From the NCBI GenBank assembly GCA_020201035.1, contig JAIVHO010000034.1, positions 83,577-147,576 on the forward strand: a DNA stretch of 64,000 nt. The letters run 5' to 3'. The notes under the pieces are model-generated. The model did not search any database and was not told the DNA's origin. It worked only from the letters and a program-made list of their open reading frames with translations. This document shows, piece by piece, positions 58,918 through 64,000 of this stretch. The DNA comes from Bacteroidales bacterium (GTDB lineage Bacteria > Bacteroidota > Bacteroidia > Bacteroidales > VadinHA17). Position numbers and translations under genes: made by a program. Position 1 is the first letter of the stretch. Every line of letters starts with the position of its first letter.

Positions 58918-60264
58918 TCACTTTTTTTGCTCCCTTGTCAGATTGTACTTTTTGATCTTATTGTAAAGTGTTACCCTGTCAACATTAAGCGCTTTGGCAG
59001 ATCTGGAGATATTCCATTCATATTTTGCAAGTATCTGAATAATATGCCTTTTCTCCAGCTCGTCCAGACTCTCAACCTGCGTTGTCTGTCGCTCCTTCCC
59101 CATCGGGAGATCCTTTAACCGTATCTCCCTGCCGTTCCCGATAACAATAGCCCTTTCAATCATATTCTCCAGTTCCCTCACATTACCGGGAAACTCAAAC
59201 TCCTCAAGCTGTCGTAGCGCTGCTTGCTCTATAGGTATGGTATCTCGACTCATAGAGGTACAGTACTTTTTGATAAAATGATTCACCAGCAGCGGAATAT
59301 CCTCAGTCCTTTCGCGCAGGGGAGGAATCCTGATATTCACTACATTAAGACGGTAAAAAAGATCCTCCCTGAAGGTTCCGTTACGCACCATCTCCCCGAG
59401 ATCCCGGTTGGTTGCGCATATAACCCTGAAATCTGAAGATATCTCCTTGTTGCCTCCTACTCTTACAAAACTTCTTGTTTCAAGCACCCTGAGCAGTTCA
59501 ACCTGCATCTTGGCAGATATTGTGCCAATCTCATCAAGGAAAATTGTGCCTCCGTCAGCCATTTCGAACCTCCCTTTCCGGTTAAAGGTTGCACCTGTAA
59601 AAGCGCCTTTCTCATGGCCAAAAAGCTCACTCTCAAGCAGACTCTCTGTTAAAGCTCCGCAATGAACACTTATCAGGGGAAAATACTTTCGCGGTGAATT
59701 GGCATGTATTGCTCTGGCTATCAATTCTTTTCCCGTTCCGCTCTCTCCGGTAATTATTACCGATGAGCTGGACTGAGCCACACTCTCAACCTCTTTCAGC
59801 ACCTTCATCATAGGCTCACTCTGTCCTATAATATCATCCACCTCTTCCAGGGATGTCATCTGGTCCCTCAGTACACGGTTCTCTGTCTTCAGGGCAATCT
59901 GGGTGGCTGCATTTCTGATCAGGTGTGAGAGATCATCAGGATCAAAAGGCTTCGTAACATAATCATATGCTCCATCCTTAAGTGCCTGCACCGCAGTATC
60001 AACTGAAGCGAATGCAGTCATAATTATAACTATTGAATCGGTATTAAGTGTTCTGATGCGGCGATGCATCTCCATTCCATCCATGCCGGGCATCTTTATG
60101 TCAGCCAGGATAATATCGAATGGCCGGCCCTCAAGCATTGAAAGGGCCTTTTTAGCATTTTCCGCACACTCAACATGATAGCCATCTTCAATAAACCAGT
60201 TATAGAGAGAATCGCGAACCGATTCCTCATCATCAACTATAAGTATGGAAATTTTTTCTGTCAT
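58918..60264 (-). CDS. sigma-54-dependent Fis-family response regulator (NtrC class)
   Basis: REC domain (ILIVDDE...ADIKMPGMDG), AAA+ domain with GESGTGKE, the GAFTGA loop (EKGAFTGA) and ESELFGHE, and a C-terminal Fis HTH. Confidence 0.92.
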   Translation of the reverse strand: MTEKISILIVDDEESVRDSLYNWFIEDGYHVECAENAKKALSMLEGRPFDIILADIKMPGMDGMEMHRRIRTLNTDSIVIIMTAFASVDTAVQALKDGAYDYVTKPFDPDDLSHLIRNAATQIALKTENRVLRDQMTSLEEVDDIIGQSEPMMKVLKEVESVAQSSSSVIITGESGTGKELIARAIHANSPRKYFPLISVHCGALTESLLESELFGHEKGAFTGATFNRKGRFEMADGGTIFLDEIGTISAKMQVELLRVLETRSFVRVGGNKEISSDFRVICATNRDLGEMVRNGTFREDLFYRLNVVNIRIPPLRERTEDIPLLVNHFIKKYCTSMSRDTIPIEQAALRQLEEFEFPGNVRELENMIERAIVIGNGREIRLKDLPMGKERQTTQVESLDELEKRHIIQILAKYEWNISRSAKALNVDRVTLYNKIKKYNLTREQKK

Positions 60265-61946
60265 TATTCTAACTCTTTTTGTTCTGCAAGCGGAAATGTA
60301 ATGTAGAAGGTTGTACCCTCGCCAACCTCTGACTTAACACGGATCGTCCCTTTATGGTTCTCAATAATACCATGTGTTATTGCAAGGCCAAGACCGATAC
60401 CGCTGGCATCATGCTTGGTTGAGAAAAAAGGTTCATAAATATGATCCATAGCATCGGGTGATATCCCGGATCCTGTATCACTGATCTCCATGGTTACCGA
60501 TAACCGGTCAGCATTATAGGTCCGCATAATTATTTCGCCGCTGCCTGTTATGGCCTCGGTAGAGTTGACCAGCATTGCGACGCACGCCTGCTTTATCTGA
60601 TTGGGCCTGCAACTGATAAGATCAGAGCTGGCAGTAAAATCTGTTGCAAAGTTAATGTCAGAAATCTTAATAGGATGGGTCATCAGATCATAGGTTGACC
60701 TGAGAATATCATGCAGGTGCCTGGGCTCAAACCCATCCTGGTCCTTCCTTGAAAAATCAAGTAATCCCTTTACAATATCACCGCATCTTTTTGTCTCTGT
60801 CTCAATTAACCGGAGGTGCCTCAGCATTGCATCCTTCTTGTCTTCATCCAGATCAGGATTGCGGAGTTGTTTTTGAATCAGCTTTGTATAGACCAGTATG
60901 CCTGACAGGGGGTTGTTCAGTTCATGAGCTACCGATGCTGAGAGTTTACCCAGTGATGCTATCCTTTCAACCCTTATAAGTTCATTCTGTGCCTCCATGA
61001 GATCTTCTGACTTTCTCTGCACCTTATACTCGAGCTGATGGGACCAGTTCTGAAGTTCCCGGGTTGCTCCGCTGATATTATCCAGCATATTGTTAAAAGC
61101 CACCGAGACCTTTTTCATGTCCTCAAGCAGGTTTGGATGTATGTCAATTCTTGTGCTGGTATCTCCCCGTGAGACTGCTACACTTGCAGCCACAATTGCA
61201 TTCAGGGGATTCTTGATATTCTTGCTTGTAAAGATTATCAGTATTACCACCAGAACTATCGTAATAAGTATTGCAAGAAGCACAAACTCGGTTGATGATT
61301 TGTGAACCGCCCTGTCAAGCTCTTCAAGAGGTATTTTGATTATCAGAGACCCCAGCACATCGTCATCTGGTGAATGAGCATGACAGGATGCAGTGAAACA
61401 TGAGGGTTCATTCATTATGGGTGTCCTGATCATCAGGAATCGCCTCTCATCCCCATTCATATTATTAAAACAGTCAGAAGAATTGTCAAGTATCTTATAA
61501 GATCTTCCCCTTTCGGGGAATATCTCATTCATATCGCGGTGACATGAGCAGCAACTGGAGCTGCCTATTGAGAGTGAGTCAGAGGAGTAGGAGGAATAGA
61601 CAAGCATCTCATCCTCATTATACATGTTTACCTCCTCGATGCCTGACATTGTATTTATTATATCCAGAGTACTCTGCAGGGAGCTTTTATCATTCTCAAG
61701 CATTGAGTAGTAGAGTGACCCCTCAACCAGTGAACTGATATTATCACCGCTTTCCCGGATAACTGTATTGAAATACTCTTCGTAGACCGATCTGAAAATC
61801 ACATTAAAACTTACAAAGAGAATCAGGGAGGTCACCATAATAATATAGACCACCCTTCCGTAAATTGAAGACCTGAACCTAAAATATTTACCGGATGCCA
61901 TTTTATCCATCAGCCTTCTGATATTACTGCTTCCTTTTAATGTCAT
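60264..61946 (-). CDS. sensor histidine kinase with a Cys/His-rich (CXXCH-containing) periplasmic domain
   Basis: Two TM helices flank residues about 53-220, which contain C132-C-S-C-H136 and C183-x4-C188-H-A-H. HAMP domain, H-box SASVAHELNNPL, and HATPase N/G boxes. It overlaps the response-regulator gene by 1 nt. Confidence 0.88.
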   Translation of the reverse strand: MTLKGSSNIRRLMDKMASGKYFRFRSSIYGRVVYIIMVTSLILFVSFNVIFRSVYEEYFNTVIRESGDNISSLVEGSLYYSMLENDKSSLQSTLDIINTMSGIEEVNMYNEDEMLVYSSYSSDSLSIGSSSCCSCHRDMNEIFPERGRSYKILDNSSDCFNNMNGDERRFLMIRTPIMNEPSCFTASCHAHSPDDDVLGSLIIKIPLEELDRAVHKSSTEFVLLAILITIVLVVILIIFTSKNIKNPLNAIVAASVAVSRGDTSTRIDIHPNLLEDMKKVSVAFNNMLDNISGATRELQNWSHQLEYKVQRKSEDLMEAQNELIRVERIASLGKLSASVAHELNNPLSGILVYTKLIQKQLRNPDLDEDKKDAMLRHLRLIETETKRCGDIVKGLLDFSRKDQDGFEPRHLHDILRSTYDLMTHPIKISDINFATDFTASSDLISCRPNQIKQACVAMLVNSTEAITGSGEIIMRTYNADRLSVTMEISDTGSGISPDAMDHIYEPFFSTKHDASGIGLGLAITHGIIENHKGTIRVKSEVGEGTTFYITFPLAEQKELE

Positions 61947-62087
61947 AGTTCAAATAATCAGGATAAGAAGTTAATAGTATTACCTGCAAGTGAGCAAGGG
62001 AGAGTTATTTTTTACACTCTCCCTGTCTCTGAAACAGATGCTACAAGATACAAAAAAGATAATTGCCGCGGACAACTCCTCCCTGTC

Positions 62088-62834
62088 TCAGGCCCCCTGA
62101 TTAAGAAATTCATTTTCGAACTCCTTCCAGAGGTCGGCAGGCATTTCCGAAAGCAGATTTCCGGTTAGCTCGCCACCATCCTGCAGGGCTACCATTGCAG
62201 GTGCAGGCATATACCTGTCAGCCCTGACTGCGAGAAAATCCTTAACCCTGGTCACCTCTTCGCCAAGCCAGTCAACAGCCTGTTGCGCAACATAATATGG
62301 TGACGTCTCTGCTTTCCAGTCGGCAGGTTCAATGCTGCAAAGCCATCCGCTTCCGCATGGATCAGTTCCGAGGAGTGCGGGATTCTCATCAAGGTGACTG
62401 TTAAGCCTGTCGACCCTACCTGATATCGGTGAAAAGACTCTGAGACTTTTCCCATCCTGAACCAGTTCGGCCAGCAATTCACCCTTTTTTACAACTTCAC
62501 CGGGTTCCTTCTTAATCACCGGCTTTACAAATCCTGTCATATTAGAGAGGAAATCATCAATACCTATCATGGCACTGCCCGATCTTTCCAGGTGAGCCCA
62601 TGTGTGATTTTTACTGTAAAACAATCCCTTTGGTACCCTAAGCATACCGGGAGTAAGTATTCCTGCGGCCTTTCTTACCACATTATCTGCCCTTAAAGGC
62701 TTGTTAAGCGCTATCCAAAAAGGAATTATAAGGAGCAGGAACGCTATTACAACAAGGTATTCTATTCCCTTGGTTTCAAAAAGATTAACATATGAAAATC
62801 CGTCCATAACTATTTGATTTTTGTCCGCCGCCAT
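62088..62834 (-). CDS. membrane-anchored glycine-cleavage-H-like (lipoyl-domain fold) protein
   Basis: N-terminal TM helix (YLVVIAFLLLIIPFWIAL). GcvH-like core YSKNHTWAHLE...GIDDF...G...LAELVQDGKSLRVFSPISGRV...N..L.ENP.L...DP.GSGWL. Confidence 0.7.
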   Translation of the reverse strand: MAADKNQIVMDGFSYVNLFETKGIEYLVVIAFLLLIIPFWIALNKPLRADNVVRKAAGILTPGMLRVPKGLFYSKNHTWAHLERSGSAMIGIDDFLSNMTGFVKPVIKKEPGEVVKKGELLAELVQDGKSLRVFSPISGRVDRLNSHLDENPALLGTDPCGSGWLCSIEPADWKAETSPYYVAQQAVDWLGEEVTRVKDFLAVRADRYMPAPAMVALQDGGELTGNLLSEMPADLWKEFENEFLNQGA

Positions 62835-62860
62835 GGATGCCGGCAGTGATTAAACTTCAT

Positions 62861-64000
62861 CTATTCCTTTGCCCAGTCCGGTGGGTCCCTTAAAACTGGT
62901 AATCTTGTGATAATATACCTGAATATCCATATCTGTGTAAACACTACGGTCAGCGCCACCACTACCTCCATCCAGGATGGTACATACCGTACGGCAGCGT
63001 CCCATCGGTAACCTATAATGGATACATTGAGGCGATTCATAATAATCCCGATAATGGTTAAAATCGCAGCTACCTTGATATGGTTTATGTTCATCTTCCT
63101 GTAACTAACAAAGAACAATATCATCGGAAGGAGGACAAATCCGAGCATTTCGGTGAGATACCAGTATCCAAGAGGGGTATCGAGATAATCCCACCTCTTC
63201 CCGTGAAGAAATACAAGAAGCTGAAGTGTAAAATATGCGAACATGGCAACAGCACACACTTTTGATAGCCCGTGTACTATATTGTTACGAGCCTGAAGGT
63301 TCTTTTCGCTGATATGATTGAAAAAGACTCGCTGACTTATTGAACCCTCGAATATTACCATAGATAACCCGGCGAATATACTGGATACAAAAAAGAGTAT
63401 CGGTATAAATTCGTTATACCACAACGGGTGAATCTTCTCCTTGGCCATTAGGAACAATGCACCCAGACCGCTCTGGTGTAGGGTTGACAGTGTAATACCC
63501 AGAATAACTGTACCCACGGTCATACCAGCCAGAATCTTGCGCATCCGTTTAGCTCCAAGCCATTCTGCTATTACCGGCGAGAACTCTATTAGCTGAGCAA
63601 TCATGTACAACACAAAGTGCCATGCAACCAGAAAGAGCACCGAACTTACACCGAAGCTGTTACCTATTAACGGGTTAACAATGTTCCAGGGACGTCCCAG
63701 ATCCAGTATAAGGGCTCCTGCATAAAAGAGATAGGAAAGGAAACCATTCAGTACGGTAACTCTGACAATAGAGTGGTACTGCTTCATATTAAGTATATAG
63801 ACCATAAAGGTCAGAACGTATGCTCCCCCTGCAAAAGCCACACCTGTTACAACATTAAATCCTTTCCACAATCCCCAGGGAACTTCCTGGGTTACATTTG
63901 ATACTGCTCCGATCCCATACCAGAACCGGAAAATTATTATAACCAATCCGGCCAGCATCACCGGTATTGAAATAATATTAAATGGTGTCAGCCATTTGCC
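62861..64000 (-). CDS. NrfD/PsrC/HybB-family polytopic membrane quinone-interacting subunit; 5' end probably beyond the window
   Basis: About 10 TM helices with a WGLWKGFNVVTGVAFAGGAY N-terminal motif. The frame stays open upstream of the GTG at 63961 through position 64000 (GKWLTPFNIISIPV...). Confidence 0.8.
   Translation of the reverse strand, partial: GKWLTPFNIISIPVMLAGLVIIIFRFWYGIGAVSNVTQEVPWGLWKGFNVVTGVAFAGGAYVLTFMVYILNMKQYHSIVRVTVLNGFLSYLFYAGALILDLGRPWNIVNPLIGNSFGVSSVLFLVAWHFVLYMIAQLIEFSPVIAEWLGAKRMRKILAGMTVGTVILGITLSTLHQSGLGALFLMAKEKIHPLWYNEFIPILFFVSSIFAGLSMVIFEGSISQRVFFNHISEKNLQARNNIVHGLSKVCAVAMFAYFTLQLLVFLHGKRWDYLDTPLGYWYLTEMLGFVLLPMILFFVSYRKMNINHIKVAAILTIIGIIMNRLNVSIIGYRWDAAVRYVPSWMEVVVALTVVFTQIWIFRYIITRLPVLRDPPDWAKE

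Noticed and set aside
62008-62036. Hairpin gggagagt/actctccc as terminator of the NrfD/GcvH-like operon
   Set aside because: The 8-bp stem is real, but on the minus strand only UU follows it. Evidence is insufficient to call a terminator.
58865-62087. Sigma-54 (-24/-12, TGGCAC-N5-TTGC) promoter for the NtrC-class regulator to act on
   Set aside because: I checked every TGGCAC/GTGCCA occurrence I could find by eye on both strands. None has a TTGC at the right spacing in an intergenic position. The target promoter is probably outside the window.

Overview
The window looks like a chromosomal, mostly housekeeping segment of a Bacteroidota genome. This is inferred from a SusC/SusD pair, recurring TAnnTTTG -7 promoter boxes, GH97/GH57 genes and lipoprotein signal peptides. 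Gene content in order: ABC transporter (partial), CDF transporter, patB-carA-carB, GNAT, an ABC-2 exporter, recQ, tatC, lptB, tRNA-Leu(UAG), tig-clpP-clpX, thyA-folA, a GH97 glucosidase, a NupC transporter, rplU-rpmA, serS, ruvC, comF, a HIT protein, greA, ahcY and ribF. These are followed by a five-gene alpha-glucan (glycogen) cluster: GH13 branching enzyme, a GT3-GT35 fusion, GH57, GT4 and a GH133-type debrancher. After that come two TlpA-like thioredoxin-fold proteins, lpxH, a SusC/SusD pair, a sigma54-type two-component pair, and a membrane GcvH-like protein next to an NrfD-family subunit that runs off the right edge. I found no CRISPR array, integrase, transposase, prophage or recognisable defence island. 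The items most worth a second look are these. (1) A perfect 124-bp direct repeat brackets the SusC/SusD cassette, and its boundary falls exactly where the neighbouring archaemetzincin-like gene loses its HEXXH motif. (2) ribF has a riboflavin-kinase domain interrupted by a roughly 40-codon gap plus a frameshift, next to a 26-bp minisatellite. (3) A sensor kinase has CXXCH-type motifs in its periplasmic domain, upstream of a GcvH-like/NrfD module. (4) A protein consists of two tandem SiaB-like domains. (5) Ribosomal protein L21 carries a (KKPAA)n histone-H1-like tail. (6) Short tandem repeats recur just downstream of stop codons, including a T-depleted 277-bp spacer that splits carA from carB. 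Everything rests on hand translation and motif recognition; no searches were run. The two internally interrupted genes and the exact repeat could also be assembly artefacts.
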